Shown here: piece after piece, positions 21,152-31,508 of the stretch | How positions within the stretch are numbered: the first letter of the stretch is position 1 | How the letters are laid out: every line of letters starts with the position of its first letter | Virus record (IMG/VR): IMGVR_UViG_3300037042_006682 | Location: 32,001-96,000 of that record | Length of the DNA stretch: 64,000 nucleotides | Direction: 5' to 3' (one strand) | Origin: a virus | Program-made: the position numbers and the translations under genes | The notes under the pieces: model-generated | Told to the model about the DNA's origin: nothing | What the model saw: only the letters and a program-made list of their open reading frames with translations | Database searches by the model: none

Positions 21152-21892
21152 TCACCCCACCCCGTCGATGGGGTGCAGGCGCAGCGCCCGCCCATCCTGC
21201 TCCAGGCGCACCCCCGGCACCTTGCCCTCCTGGATCCACGTCCGCAGGCTGCCGATCGCCGTGGCCTCCGTGCGGTAGTGGTGCTTGATGCCCGCGAAGC
21301 CGATGTCGGTGAGCGTCGGGACCCGCCCCCCGATGGCCTCCTTGAGCGTGCATCCGGGGTGGGCCCGCACCACTTGGGCGAGGTTGCGGCAGGTCTCCTT
21401 GAACGGGGTCCAGCCCCCGCCGCAGGGGCTCCCCGCCGCAAGAAAGGTCTTCTGCTCCTCACAGAGCCACCGCCGCAGGTGGACCGCGCGCCCATGCCGG
21501 TGGAGGCGCGGGGGGTAGTGCGTGTTGTCCACGAGCTTGTCGATCGCGCTGCCCCCGTAGAGGGCCTCCAGGGGCCGCACCCCGATGACCCCGAGGCCCC
21601 ACGCGCGCACGATGTGGTTGAAGGCCGGCCCCAGGTGCAAGTAGTGGTAGGGCACCGCCACCGAGGCATAGTGCGCGTACTGCCGCCACCACTGGGCCTG
21701 CTCCAGGACCTCGACGTTGAGGCGGACCTTGGCCTCGACCACCCACACGAGGGGGCCCCGCGTGGCCACGATGTCGCAGCTCCGCTCGCCGCCCTTGCCG
21801 TTGCGGACCTCCTGGTACACATCCCAGCCCCCCGCGCGCAGCCAGGCCACCACGGGGGCCGCCACGTCGACCTCGGCGAGCCGGGGCTTCAC
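21152..21892 (-). CDS. PD-(D/E)xK nuclease-like protein (MmcB-related)
   Basis: YQEV...CDIVA...VVEAK...QA. Confidence 0.6.
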   Translation of the reverse strand: MKPRLAEVDVAAPVVAWLRAGGWDVYQEVRNGKGGERSCDIVATRGPLVWVVEAKVRLNVEVLEQAQWWRQYAHYASVAVPYHYLHLGPAFNHIVRAWGLGVIGVRPLEALYGGSAIDKLVDNTHYPPRLHRHGRAVHLRRWLCEEQKTFLAAGSPCGGGWTPFKETCRNLAQVVRAHPGCTLKEAIGGRVPTLTDIGFAGIKHHYRTEATAIGSLRTWIQEGKVPGVRLEQDGRALRLHPIDGVG

Positions 21893-22874
21893 GGGCCATC
21901 CCCGTCGAGACAATCACAGATGTAGTCAAGCCGCCTGGCATCCACTTGGTATCCGTGGGCCCGCGCCTCATCTCGCAGAAGAACCACGCGCTCCCGCAAG
22001 TCCGCCAAGGCCCCCGCCCAGCGCCGCACCCGTTCCTCCTCCTGCTCTGCCGCAGACAAGGGCGCCGGAAGGTCGGGAAAGATCACCATCTGCATGCTCA
22101 TGGCTGGGCCTCCCAGTGCCCGTGGCTCCCGTCCTCGACGCCCACGTAGCCCCGCCCGCAGTCCGGGCACACCAGGGGCCATCCCGCCCGCACCACGAGG
22201 GGGGCCCGCACGCGCTCCCCGCAGGCGCACTCCATCTGGCCCCACCCGTGGTGGGGACAGGGGTCGTCACAGAAATCATCGCAGGTGCAGCGCCCCGCGA
22301 CGGCGAGCGGCACAGGGGCCTCCGGGGGCCGCACCACCCCCGCCAGCGTCCGCCACGCCCCCTCGACCCAAGGCGCAAGCGTCTCCCGGCCCGCCATGGT
22401 CAGCGAGGCCTGGGGGCACGGCACGAAGGCCCCATCGTCGTCGACCTCCCCCGTCACCGCGAGCAGGGCATCCGCCGCCGCGCGCACCCGCGCCAGCTCC
22501 GCCCGCAGGCGCTCCAGCTCCGCCGCCAGCGCCCCCGCGATGGACCCGTCTTCGACCAGCGCCATCACGCGGTCCGCCGCCGGCTGGGCCAGCCACCCGC
22601 GTACCACCCGCTCGTGCGTGCTCGTGCTCATGGCTTCTCTCCTTGCGCACGCGCGTGCGCCGCGTGGACCTCGCGGAAGGCCGCCCCCACGCGCCCCATC
22701 CACGCCGTCTCATCCGCGTTGAGGGGCCAGACCTTGATCTCCACCTGGACGCCCCCCACGCGCTCGATCAACTTGTCGAGGGCCGCCTGGACCTCCGTGA
22801 TGGCCCCCTCGGGGACCCCCGGCCACGGCGTCACGACCCCGTGCGCCGAGCGCCGCTTGTTCCAGCCCCGCTCC

Positions 22875-24179
22875 TCACTCATGGGGCACCTCGCGGATCG
22901 CGCCGTCCTCGATGATCACGGCCCCCGGCCCCCGGTCGCCGACGACCTCGATCCAGACCTGGGCGTCCGCCTGCTCGGCCATCGCGACCACGGCCGCCAG
23001 CGAGGCGTCGTCGAGCAGCGCGCCCTCCCGCAGCAGCACGACGCGGATCTGGGGGTTGGACGCGAAGCCCAGCCCCACCGCCACGCGGAGCTGCTCCGCC
23101 GAGGAGCACTGCGCCAGGGGGATGCCGCCCCACGTGACCCCGCGCTCGTCGAGGCCGAGCCCCACGAGCCCCACCTCGGCCACCGCCGCGGCGACCTTGG
23201 CCTCCCGCGCCGCGTCCATCGCCGCGAGCTGCGCCGTGAGGTCCCCGCTCGCAGCCTCCGCCTGGGCGAGGGCCGCCTGGCTCGCCGCCCACGCCGCATG
23301 CGCGTCCCGCTTCCGCACCACCTCGTTGGCCGCCCGGATCTCGTCCTGGATGTCCCCCACCGTCCGGCGCCCGCGCAACCGCTCCTGCGCCTCTGCGACG
23401 GCCAGCTTCTTCTGCTCTGCGACCTCGCGCAGCCGATCCGCCTTGGCCCGCGCCTCCCCCAGCTTGGCCTGGAGCTGCGCGATCTCGGCCTCCAGCTCCC
23501 GCACGCGCGTGGCCATGGCGTCGGCCTCCCACCGCGTCCGCCCCGCCTCGGCATCGGCAGCCTTCACCATCTCCGTCGCGGCATCGAACGTCCGCAGCTC
23601 GGCCAGGAGGGCCTCCGTGTCGCGCCCCTCCGCGGGCACCACGGGCTCCGCCCCGAGCGCCGCCCGCAGCCGCCCGACCTCGCGGTTGACCTCGGTCCGC
23701 TGGTCGAAGGTCCGCTTGCGCTCCGCGTCGAGGGCCGCCACGTTGGTCCCGAGAATACCCTCCAGCTGCTTGACCTGCCCCTTCACGTCTGCCCGCACGA
23801 AGTCCAGGGGGTCAAAGGTGAGCGCCCCCACCATGCGGTCGAGGATCTTCTGAGGCGACTGCAAGGCGTCCCCCTCCGCGTTGCGGACCACCAACGTGGC
23901 CCCACCGGGCTTGATCACGCGCTCGACGGTGAGTCCCCCGAGGTCTACGCGGATCGTCGCGCGCTCCTCCCCCGCGCGGATCGGCATCTCGGGCAGCGCC
24001 CGGCCCCCGCCCAGAGCGTAAAACAGCGAGTCGAGCAGGCTGCTCTTCCCCTGCGCGTTGGCCCCCCCAATGATCACCGCGTGCTTGGCGGGGTCGAAGG
24101 CGACCGCCCGCAGGCGCTTCACGTTCTCCGCCTCCAGCCGCACCACGCGAAACGTCTTGTCCGTCTGCTCAGCTTCCAC
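22875..24179 (-). CDS. SMC/SbcC/RecN-like ABC ATPase
   Basis: ENVKRL, Walker A GANAQGKSS, long coiled coil, signature-like SSAEQ, LLREGALLD. Confidence 0.8.
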   Translation of the reverse strand: MEAEQTDKTFRVVRLEAENVKRLRAVAFDPAKHAVIIGGANAQGKSSLLDSLFYALGGGRALPEMPIRAGEERATIRVDLGGLTVERVIKPGGATLVVRNAEGDALQSPQKILDRMVGALTFDPLDFVRADVKGQVKQLEGILGTNVAALDAERKRTFDQRTEVNREVGRLRAALGAEPVVPAEGRDTEALLAELRTFDAATEMVKAADAEAGRTRWEADAMATRVRELEAEIAQLQAKLGEARAKADRLREVAEQKKLAVAEAQERLRGRRTVGDIQDEIRAANEVVRKRDAHAAWAASQAALAQAEAASGDLTAQLAAMDAAREAKVAAAVAEVGLVGLGLDERGVTWGGIPLAQCSSAEQLRVAVGLGFASNPQIRVVLLREGALLDDASLAAVVAMAEQADAQVWIEVVGDRGPGAVIIEDGAIREVPHE

Positions 24180-24779
24180 GCGCCACTCCTCTCAGCGGTC
24201 AAGCCCCAGCGTGAGGCCATCCGCCCACTGCTTATCAGCCCTCTGTTGGTCTACAAGCGCATACCAGCCCGCGTCGATCGCCCGCACCGACACCAGGTAG
24301 GCGCAGTCCTCCGCGTGGCGGTTCAGGTGGGCCTCGGCCAGGCCGCACGTGCAGGCCCGCAGCTCCCCGTGGCGGCGCGCGCGGTAGGCCTCGTAGGCCG
24401 CCAGCTCTTCTTCTGACCACTGCGTAATTTGTCGATCCATCATTCCACCTTCCCGAAGCTTGCGATGTCGAAGGAAAACAGCAGGCACGGCTGCACCTGC
24501 CCCTCCTCGCACCACGCCCGGATCGGGCACGTCCCGCGCCGCCTCACGCGCCAGGAGGCCCTCATCACGTATCACGCCCAGGCGCCAGAGCTGCGTGCAG
24601 GCGTCATCGAAGGCCCCCCGCGCCGCCGCCGCCCACAAGAGGTCCGCCGCCTCGGGGGCCATGGGCTGGTGCACCGCCGCCGCCGTGTACTGCGCAAAGA
24701 TCGCGACCAAGGCTTCCTTCGGATTCACCGCCACCGTGCACCTCTCGCTGCGTACGCGCGTACGCAATATCGCCCGTCG

Positions 24780-25322
24780 CTAGAACGGGATCTCATCGTT
24801 TGGATCGCCTGCCCACGCCCCGGCCGTGCCCGCGGGGGGCTCTGCCGCCGGCCCCCAGCACGCCGCGGCCTCCCCCGCCGGGGCGAATCCCGGCAACGCC
24901 TCTTGGCCCGAAGACGAGGCACTCCGCTCCGCCCGCCGCGCCTCGGGAGGGCTCCAGTCCTGCCAGTTGATGATCCCGCGGCACTCAGGGAAACTCGCGC
25001 ACCCCCAGAAGGGCTTGCCATCAGCCTTGCGCATCCGCCGCACCATCTTCCCCCCGCACAAGTGACACGGCGGCCCTACCGCGTCCTCCGCGCGAGGGGC
25101 GGGCGGGGTCGGCACGGGGGCATCCACCCTAGCGGGGGAGGTCGCCTGTGCAGTCTCCCCCCCGCTGCGCTCGAATACGCCCACGACGACAACGCCCTCC
25201 GCACACGCCGCACAGCCCAGCGCCCCCACGGGATCCCAGCCCTCGGCCACAAGGGCTTGCAGGCGCCGCTCCACGAGCACCGCTGTGTCCGGCCCCAGGA
25301 CCACCGCACGCCGATCACGCAT
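24780..25322 (-). CDS. Topoisomerase-type C4 zinc-finger protein with an SSB-like acidic tail
   Basis: CHLCGGKMVRR...FWGCASFPECRG; ends DPNDEIPF. Confidence 0.7.
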   Translation of the reverse strand: MRDRRAVVLGPDTAVLVERRLQALVAEGWDPVGALGCAACAEGVVVVGVFERSGGETAQATSPARVDAPVPTPPAPRAEDAVGPPCHLCGGKMVRRMRKADGKPFWGCASFPECRGIINWQDWSPPEARRAERSASSSGQEALPGFAPAGEAAACWGPAAEPPAGTAGAWAGDPNDEIPF

Positions 25323-26186
25323 CGTGCTGCCCGTCGCGCACCTTGTTGAGCATGGCGATCGTCTGCGTCATCTTCACGCGGTGCTCGCACTCCTTGTCGC
25401 AGGTCTCGCACGCGCAGGCATGCCCCGGATCCCCATCCGTGCGCACCATGCGCAGGTGCCCCCCGAGCGCCCGCTCCGCGTCAGCGAGGACCGCCTGCTC
25501 CGCCAGCGAGAGATCCGCGGGGTCGACCACTTCCTCGTCGTCCTCGCCGTACTCGCAGGTCATGCACTCCGGGCTCTCCCCGCACATGCCATCGCACGCG
25601 TAGGGGCAGTCCACGCCCTCCGCGTCAAACCCTGCGCGATAGGCCTCGATCACGTGCGCGACCAACGCGGCCCCATTGGCCTCCGCGGAGCCCACGTCCG
25701 CCGCCTCGACCTGCTCCGCGGCCGAGATCTCCGCCAGCTTGAGCCCGACGGTCACCCCGAACGCCCGCTTCGCCGCAGCGAACGCCGCCTCCCGCTGCCA
25801 CCGCCCCAGGTTCGCCTCGTCGATCGCATCGGGCCCCTCGATCGCCGGGTGGTCCTTGGAGTACTCTATAAACGCCGCGGCAAACGCCGCCGCGAAGACC
25901 AGCTTGTCCCCCATCGCCATGGGCTCTACCGACGCCTTCTCATGATCGCGTGTCATTCTCACTCCACTTCTCGCAACTGCTTCCGCAGCCCTAGTAGGCG
26001 CGCGTGGATCCGCTCCCGCGCGCGTCGCACTTCAGGGGCCGGCAACCATCGGGAATACCGCCCCGTAAACCGTATCCTCCGCTCCTGGTCCACGTCGCGG
26101 TCGATTGCCGCCTCCGCATCCTCCAAGAGCGCGATCCACGCCCGAATCCGGGCCCGCTCGATCCGTTGCGTTGTCGATCCCATCGG

Positions 26187-26284
26187 TCGGAGCGGCCGGC
26201 CTCGAACCGGCCCCCCGCGGGCGCCAGAGGAATGGCGCGTGGTCGTGTATCCGACGCCCGCGGGCGGGTCCCAACCCCGCCCCG
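26187..26284 (-). ncRNA. tRNA-like RNA (tRNA-Pro-type acceptor stem and T arm, greatly elongated anticodon arm)
   Basis: CGGGGCG/CGCTCCG-A acceptor; GCCGG-TTCGAGG-CCGGC T arm; 15-bp central stem; lies in an intergenic gap. Confidence 0.6.
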
Positions 26285-26358
26285 AAAGCCCATGCCGCCC
26301 ATCCACAAGAGTTTGGCCATTAGTGGTCGAACGCTATAAACGGCATGGGCACGAACTC

Positions 26359-27063
26359 CTACTGCGGATCGCCAGCCCCCAGCTCGGCTTCCGCCTCGCG
26401 CACAATCAACTCCAGGGGGCGCCCCCCCAGCAGCGAAAACAGGTACACCGTGCTCGCCACACTGAGGCCCCGCCCCGCGCGCAGCGCCAAGCGAGCCTCC
26501 TCGCGCATGCGCACGCACGCCTTGTCGGGCAAGCTCACCGTACCTTCCCCCGGCAACACCAGCGGCAACTGGCGGGTCGCCTCCGGGACCTCCGGGGCCT
26601 CCGGCATCGCCGGCGCAAAGGGTACCCCCATGACGGCCTCGATGGCCCGCCGTAGGGGCAGCGTCCACACCTGGGCCCCGCCCAACTGCCGCGACAGGGT
26701 GGCATGGCTCACCTTGAGGCCACTCCGATCGACCTCGTCCCGCAGCCGCTCGTACGTCCACTTGCGCCGCTTCAGCTCCGCGCCGACCGCCGCGCGGAAC
26801 GCCACCCCCTCCGCGGTCTCGCCCCGGCGCAGCATCGCGCGGTCATAGCGGGACCGCCACAGCACCACGTCCCCCATGATGTCCTCCCACCCAGGGATGC
26901 TGTTGAGCCGCTCCACCGTGGCATCCCAGGTGACCTGGCGCGCCGCATCCTCGTCGCGCATCGTGATCATCGTCGCCATCCGGGGATCGCTGGGGAGCAG
27001 GTGGTCCGCCCGCCGTGGGGCAGTTCCCCGTCCATTGTTCGTCTTGCTCTTGCTCTTGCTCAT
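26359..27063 (-). CDS. HTH (XRE-like) domain protein
   Basis: WTYERLRDEV...VSHATLSRQLGG. Confidence 0.5.
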   Translation of the reverse strand: MSKSKSKTNNGRGTAPRRADHLLPSDPRMATMITMRDEDAARQVTWDATVERLNSIPGWEDIMGDVVLWRSRYDRAMLRRGETAEGVAFRAAVGAELKRRKWTYERLRDEVDRSGLKVSHATLSRQLGGAQVWTLPLRRAIEAVMGVPFAPAMPEAPEVPEATRQLPLVLPGEGTVSLPDKACVRMREEARLALRAGRGLSVASTVYLFSLLGGRPLELIVREAEAELGAGDPQ

Positions 27064-27478
27064 CGCCTTCAGCTCCTTACCGCAGCACTCAGCTGTCATC
27101 CGAGGCCACTAGGCCTGGGGCATCGCCCCCAGCATGGCCCGCAGCCACCCCCCAAAGGCGCGCGCCTCGGTCTCCGAGAGCCGCGCCCCGTGGCCCTCCA
27201 CGTTCAGGCGGAGGGTCAACTCGTCACACGCGATCCCGAACCCGCACGTCACGGCCCCGTCATCGGAGGCCCACCCCAGCGCATCCACGAGCTGGAGCGC
27301 CTGGACGTGCTCCTCGCGCTGCTTGCGGGCCGCCTGCGCCGCGCGGTCCGCCGCGCGCCCCTGCGCCGCCACGTCCCGCAGGGCCTCGACCGCGATCCCG
27401 CGCCGCGCCGTTGCCGTAGAAGCCACAGCCGTCGGCGTCTCGCTCGACCGCAGCTTGCGCACCTTCGCCACCTGCTTC

Positions 27479-28222
27479 TTACTCGCCATTAGATGGACCC
27501 TCCTTGTTTGAAACAGATGCTTCTGCTTTCAAAGCACATCTCCGCTTTGCGGAAGCACGCATCTTTATCTTTGTTTCTTCTGAAATAACCCGTCCCTTTA
27601 ATGCAGCACTAAGCTTGTTCTTTGTTTCATCAGAAAACACCCTTCCCTTATGAGCATCACTCATTTTTCGCTTTGCATCATCCGAGTGGCGCTTACCAGT
27701 GTTTATCTTTTTAAGCTTATCTTTCGTTTCATCAGAAACCTTCTTTCCAGCCATGCTCTTTCCAAGTCGTCTGGCACGTTCACGCTGCTCATCAGTTGTA
27801 ATACATTTCAACAATTCACTGTGACGAGTGCGCATCTCATCTGTCCAAACACGATTTCTATTTGCCGCAGCTACAGCCTCTCCAATATAAGCAGGCCGCT
27901 TTCTCCATCCACCGCGTCCACTAACAGAAGGAAGATGGTTATATCGAAGATCAACCGGAGTATTATCTATAAACTCCTGTTCTGCTTCCCTCAAACCATC
28001 AACATCATCAACACGTCTAAGGATTAAGAAATCAAAGCTATCAGCACCAAAAATAGCAAAGTCATGGGTGAGCAGGCTGTTTGAACGTCTGCCCGTTGAT
28101 AAGCAATACAAGTGCTGGGAAATCCTTCTCTTCATGTTCTTTGTTGATCCAATATAAATCATCCAGTTTGTTTTATTTTTAATGCAATAAACACCAGGCC
28201 CTCTGTCGAATACATCACTCAT
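27479..28222 (-). CDS. Free-standing GIY-YIG homing endonuclease with NUMOD3 repeats
   Basis: GVYCIKNK...IYIGST...R...H; HSDDAKRKMS-type repeats; strongly AT-rich relative to its flanks. Confidence 0.9.
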   Translation of the reverse strand: MSDVFDRGPGVYCIKNKTNWMIYIGSTKNMKRRISQHLYCLSTGRRSNSLLTHDFAIFGADSFDFLILRRVDDVDGLREAEQEFIDNTPVDLRYNHLPSVSGRGGWRKRPAYIGEAVAAANRNRVWTDEMRTRHSELLKCITTDEQRERARRLGKSMAGKKVSDETKDKLKKINTGKRHSDDAKRKMSDAHKGRVFSDETKNKLSAALKGRVISEETKIKMRASAKRRCALKAEASVSNKEGPSNGE

Positions 28223-28631
28223 CTAGATCCCGTCCCGTAATAGCAACAAAGCAGCTCAAAGGCATCATCACCCAATCTAACTCGACGTCCGCCGCGGGCG
28301 CCCCCCCGGCGATTGCCACCGCCAGCGCGGGCCGCTTGCCCTGCACGAGGGCCTCCCGCGCGACCTTCACCAGCCAGGCACGCTTGAGCGCCAGGCTGGC
28401 CTTCTCCGTCCGCTTGCACTCGAGCAGCCACCCCACGCCCCCGCCGTGCGCCTCGGCCACGACGTCCCCCTTGGCGTAGGGCGAGCACCCGCTTCCCTTG
28501 ACGCGCCGCCCCCGCATGGCCGCCGCCACGCGCCGCTCCTGCGCCTTGGGCGCCCCCACGTGCGCGTGGTCCCGTCCCCGGTCCTGACGGTCCACGGCGT
28601 CCTCCGCATAGCGCTGGGGCAGGTGCCGCAT
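28215..28631 (-). CDS. Hjc-like PD-(D/E)xK resolvase
   Basis: QERRVA...GSG...KGDV...LECK. Confidence 0.7.
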   Translation of the reverse strand: MRHLPQRYAEDAVDRQDRGRDHAHVGAPKAQERRVAAAMRGRRVKGSGCSPYAKGDVVAEAHGGGVGWLLECKRTEKASLALKRAWLVKVAREALVQGKRPALAVAIAGGAPAADVELDWVMMPLSCFVAITGRDLDE

Positions 28632-29971
28632 CAGACCCCCTTAGCCACGCCGTCGATCATGGCGGCCAGCAGGGCCTCGCGCACGCGCCACCGCGCGCCC
28701 TCCGCAAAGAGCTTCTCGGTGGCCGCCGTCTTCGTGGGGCAGCGCACCGTGTCCTCGCCAGGGAGCCGCACAAACCACTTCGATCCGTCCTTGCCGAAGA
28801 GCCCGTGGCGCTCCGCGAGGTCCAGGACGAAGTCCCGCTCGTCGACCTGCCCCGCCTGGGGCCCCCGCACGATCAGCGTGTAGGCCCCCGCCGCGCGGCT
28901 CGCGAACGTCTGATTCTTCTCGCTCAGGAAGTTGACCCGCACGGACTCCCCCAGCTTGATCTGGCCGTCCGCGCTCACGTCGCCCTTCGCAAACACGTCC
29001 TCCGCCTCCCAGCCGCTCGCCCAGAGCTTGATGCGCAGCATGGCCATGAAGCGCGGGGCGTGCCCCCCAGTCGTCTTCGTCTTCGGCGCCCAGGGGTCCG
29101 TCGCCATGCTGTCGCGCATCTGGTTGATCCAGATCTGGGTCAGCTCGCGCCCCCGGTAGCGGTAGAGGTCATTCGTCGCGGAGACCATGCGCCGCACGAG
29201 CCGCCCGATCAGGGCTGAGGACCCGCCCCGCTTGCCCTCCTTCTCGGCCGCCTCCTCGATCTCCGCGCTCGGGATCATCGTGGCCAGGCTGTCGAGCACC
29301 ATGAGGTCCACGGCCCCCGTCAGCGCCGTGGCGCAGTACATGTCGATGGCCTCCTCCGCGGAGGTCGGCTGGCTGTAGTGCAGGATCCGCGCGTCCACCC
29401 CCAGCTTGGCCGCCCAGGCCCAGTCGATCTTGCCCTCGATGTTGTACAGGGCGCAGCGCAGCTCCTCGTAGGAGTTCTCGCGCATGGCCGCGATGCGCTC
29501 GCGGTACTCCACATCCGTCTCCTGCCGGTCCTTCTTGCCCGCCTCCTGGAAGTACAGGCGCCGCGGGCGATGGGCCCCGGACCGCACGCAATCGCACTCC
29601 CCCTCCACCGCGTACTCCGCCGGCTTCACCAGCTCCCCCGACAGGGGATCGAAGACGTCCTCGGAGATCTGCACAACCCGACGGCTGCGCGGGGGGCAAT
29701 AGCAGTTCGCGCAGAGCTTCTGCGCCTCCCCGATCGCCCGCAACGCCGTGACGGTCTTCCCGCTGTTCTCCATGCCGAACAGCTCGGTCTCGCCCCCCAC
29801 CGGGATGCCCCCGCCGATCGCGAAGTCGAGCGCGAGGCTCCCCGTAGGGATGCGCCGGGTGCCCGGCGGCCGGATGGCCGTCGCTAATCCAAAGGCCCCT
29901 TGGCCGTGTTGCTTGACGATCTGCGCCTGCAGCGCCTTCAGCGCCGCGAGCCGGCTGGTCCCCTCCGCCAT
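28631..29971 (-). CDS. recA: RecA/UvsX recombinase with a Cys-rich insertion
   Basis: IPTGSLALDFAIGGGIP, GMENSGKT, VLDSL, INQMR, TTGGHAPRF. Confidence 0.92.
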   Translation of the reverse strand: MAEGTSRLAALKALQAQIVKQHGQGAFGLATAIRPPGTRRIPTGSLALDFAIGGGIPVGGETELFGMENSGKTVTALRAIGEAQKLCANCYCPPRSRRVVQISEDVFDPLSGELVKPAEYAVEGECDCVRSGAHRPRRLYFQEAGKKDRQETDVEYRERIAAMRENSYEELRCALYNIEGKIDWAWAAKLGVDARILHYSQPTSAEEAIDMYCATALTGAVDLMVLDSLATMIPSAEIEEAAEKEGKRGGSSALIGRLVRRMVSATNDLYRYRGRELTQIWINQMRDSMATDPWAPKTKTTGGHAPRFMAMLRIKLWASGWEAEDVFAKGDVSADGQIKLGESVRVNFLSEKNQTFASRAAGAYTLIVRGPQAGQVDERDFVLDLAERHGLFGKDGSKWFVRLPGEDTVRCPTKTAATEKLFAEGARWRVREALLAAMIDGVAKGV

Positions 29972-29978
29972 GGTGCCC

Positions 29979-30548
29979 TCACTTCACCTGCAGGCAGGTC
30001 TTGTTCGTGATCAACTTCGCGCCCTCGACGGGTTTGCCCGCCTTGAGGCGGTCGCCGATGGCCTTCTTGTTGAGCTTGGGCTCCCACGTCACGATCTCCG
30101 CGTCGTCCTTGTGCAGCTTGGCGAAGACGTCCGGCTCCTCGATGTCGACCGAGGCCGGGTTCTTCTTGATCAGGACGCTCGCGTAGTTCTCGGTCTCCAG
30201 CTTCTGGACCTTCGCGATCTCCATCGCCGCCTTCACGTAGTCGTAGAGCCGGTCCTGCTGCGCCTCCAGGGCGCGCGCGTGCTCGGTCAGGGACTTTGCC
30301 CGGTCGCGGAACATGCGCGCCCGCGTCCCCGCCTCGTCGCCCACCCAGAGGCAGCGGTCGATCTTCGTGGCGAGGTCGCCCTCAGCCGCCTGCAGCTCCA
30401 CGAACAGGGCGTCGGTGACCTCGCCATCCAGCTCGTCGATCGCGAACAGCACCTCGCGGAACCGCGCCACGATCTCCATCAGGCTCGACTTCTTGCTGGG
30501 GACAACAGTGGTTTCTGTGCTTGCTTGCGTTGCGTCCATGACATCCAT
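29979..30548 (-). CDS. Siphovirus Gp157 family protein
   Basis: Coiled coil, then IKKNPASVDI...LNKKAI...LKAGKPVEGAKL. Confidence 0.8.
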   Translation of the reverse strand: MDVMDATQASTETTVVPSKKSSLMEIVARFREVLFAIDELDGEVTDALFVELQAAEGDLATKIDRCLWVGDEAGTRARMFRDRAKSLTEHARALEAQQDRLYDYVKAAMEIAKVQKLETENYASVLIKKNPASVDIEEPDVFAKLHKDDAEIVTWEPKLNKKAIGDRLKAGKPVEGAKLITNKTCLQVK

Positions 30549-30596
30549 CCTTCCGCGCCCCTTGGGCGCTGGTTGACAAATCCGCCGACCTGATCT

Positions 30597-30626
30597 TGTC
30601 TACACCCCGCAAGGGTGTTTGTCAAC
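30597..30626 (-). promoter_or_regulatory. sigma70-like promoter (GTTGACAAAC, -10 TAGACA)
   Basis: TTGACA-17 bp-TAGACA upstream of gp157/recA; an opposite-strand GTTGACAAA lies at about 30572. Confidence 0.55.
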
Positions 30627-30851
30627 GCCTTTTAGCGGGGATCGATCGCCCGCACGGCCCCCGCCGTCAGCTCGCTCGTGCGCACCAAGTAGGCCACAAT
30701 GTCGTCCTCGCGCGGGTCGCATCGCTCGACCGCCACCCAGTCCCGCGAGCGGAACGCGAGCACGCGATGGGGCCGCCCCCGCCACCCCACGAGCTGCCCC
30801 ACGCGGAGCCCCGCCACCCGCCGCCGGGCAGGAGGCGCCATGGCCTCGGCC

Positions 30852-31508
30852 TCATGCTGGGGCATAGGCACCAGGAACAGGAAGGGCTTGATTCGGTGGT
30901 CTGGCTTTGTTCGGTTCACGGCTCCCCAGGACCGCGCGGATGTCGCGGCCGTCTCCTGGCAGATCCAAGCCGATCCCATGCCACCCGTCAACCTTCTCGC
31001 GCGCGAACAGTTCCACACGGCGCTGCGGCCCGTAAAGGCGCTGGATGCGTTTGGCCACCTCATAGGGCTTCGCACTGTGCAGCCCCACAGGCCCCGTCAC
31101 CTCCGCCAAAATCCCCGCATCGACCCGCTTACACCCCTTCCCCCGCACCCCCTCAAGGACAAACTCACAGTTGCCCCGCGTACCATGCCCCATGCCCATG
31201 AACGGCTGGCCCGACCGCGCATAAACCTTGCGCCACACAAAGGCGATCCGACGATAGGAAAAGCCCCACGCCGCCAAAACCTGCACGGCCTCCAGCAACA
31301 GCGGACTCGTCGCCCATAGAAAGCAATTAGCATCGGGGGCACAGATCGCCGCAACGTCGAGCGCACACAGATCCTCTACTGTCAACAAAGGATACTTGTG
31401 CGCTACCCCGCGCTGGCCAGCCCGCGCTTTGTCTTTATATGTCCAAGGGTTGTCTGACAAAACAATACCAAAAGACCCCGCATCCTCGGGGCGCGCCATG
31501 GGGCCCAT
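30852..31508 (-). CDS. MT-A70 family N6-adenine methyltransferase
   Basis: VLSDNPW (DPPW variant), FLWAT, WGFSY, GMGHGTRGNCE, HSAKP, ELFAR. Confidence 0.85.
   Translation of the reverse strand: MGPMARPEDAGSFGIVLSDNPWTYKDKARAGQRGVAHKYPLLTVEDLCALDVAAICAPDANCFLWATSPLLLEAVQVLAAWGFSYRRIAFVWRKVYARSGQPFMGMGHGTRGNCEFVLEGVRGKGCKRVDAGILAEVTGPVGLHSAKPYEVAKRIQRLYGPQRRVELFAREKVDGWHGIGLDLPGDGRDIRAVLGSREPNKARPPNQALPVPGAYAPA

Noticed and set aside
21717-24416. 899-aa plus-strand ORF and many other long plus-strand ORFs (e.g. 25285-26655, 33511-35115, 59536-61074)
   Set aside because: Antisense shadows of GC3-rich minus-strand genes; no motifs, and Arg/Pro/Ala-biased composition
27479-28222. GIY-YIG gene as a group I intron ORF
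   Set aside because: It overlaps two complete flanking genes, leaving no room for a ribozyme core and no interrupted gene
29456-29713. RecA insertion as an intein
   Set aside because: Starts with Cys but is too short and lacks a block B His and a terminal HN
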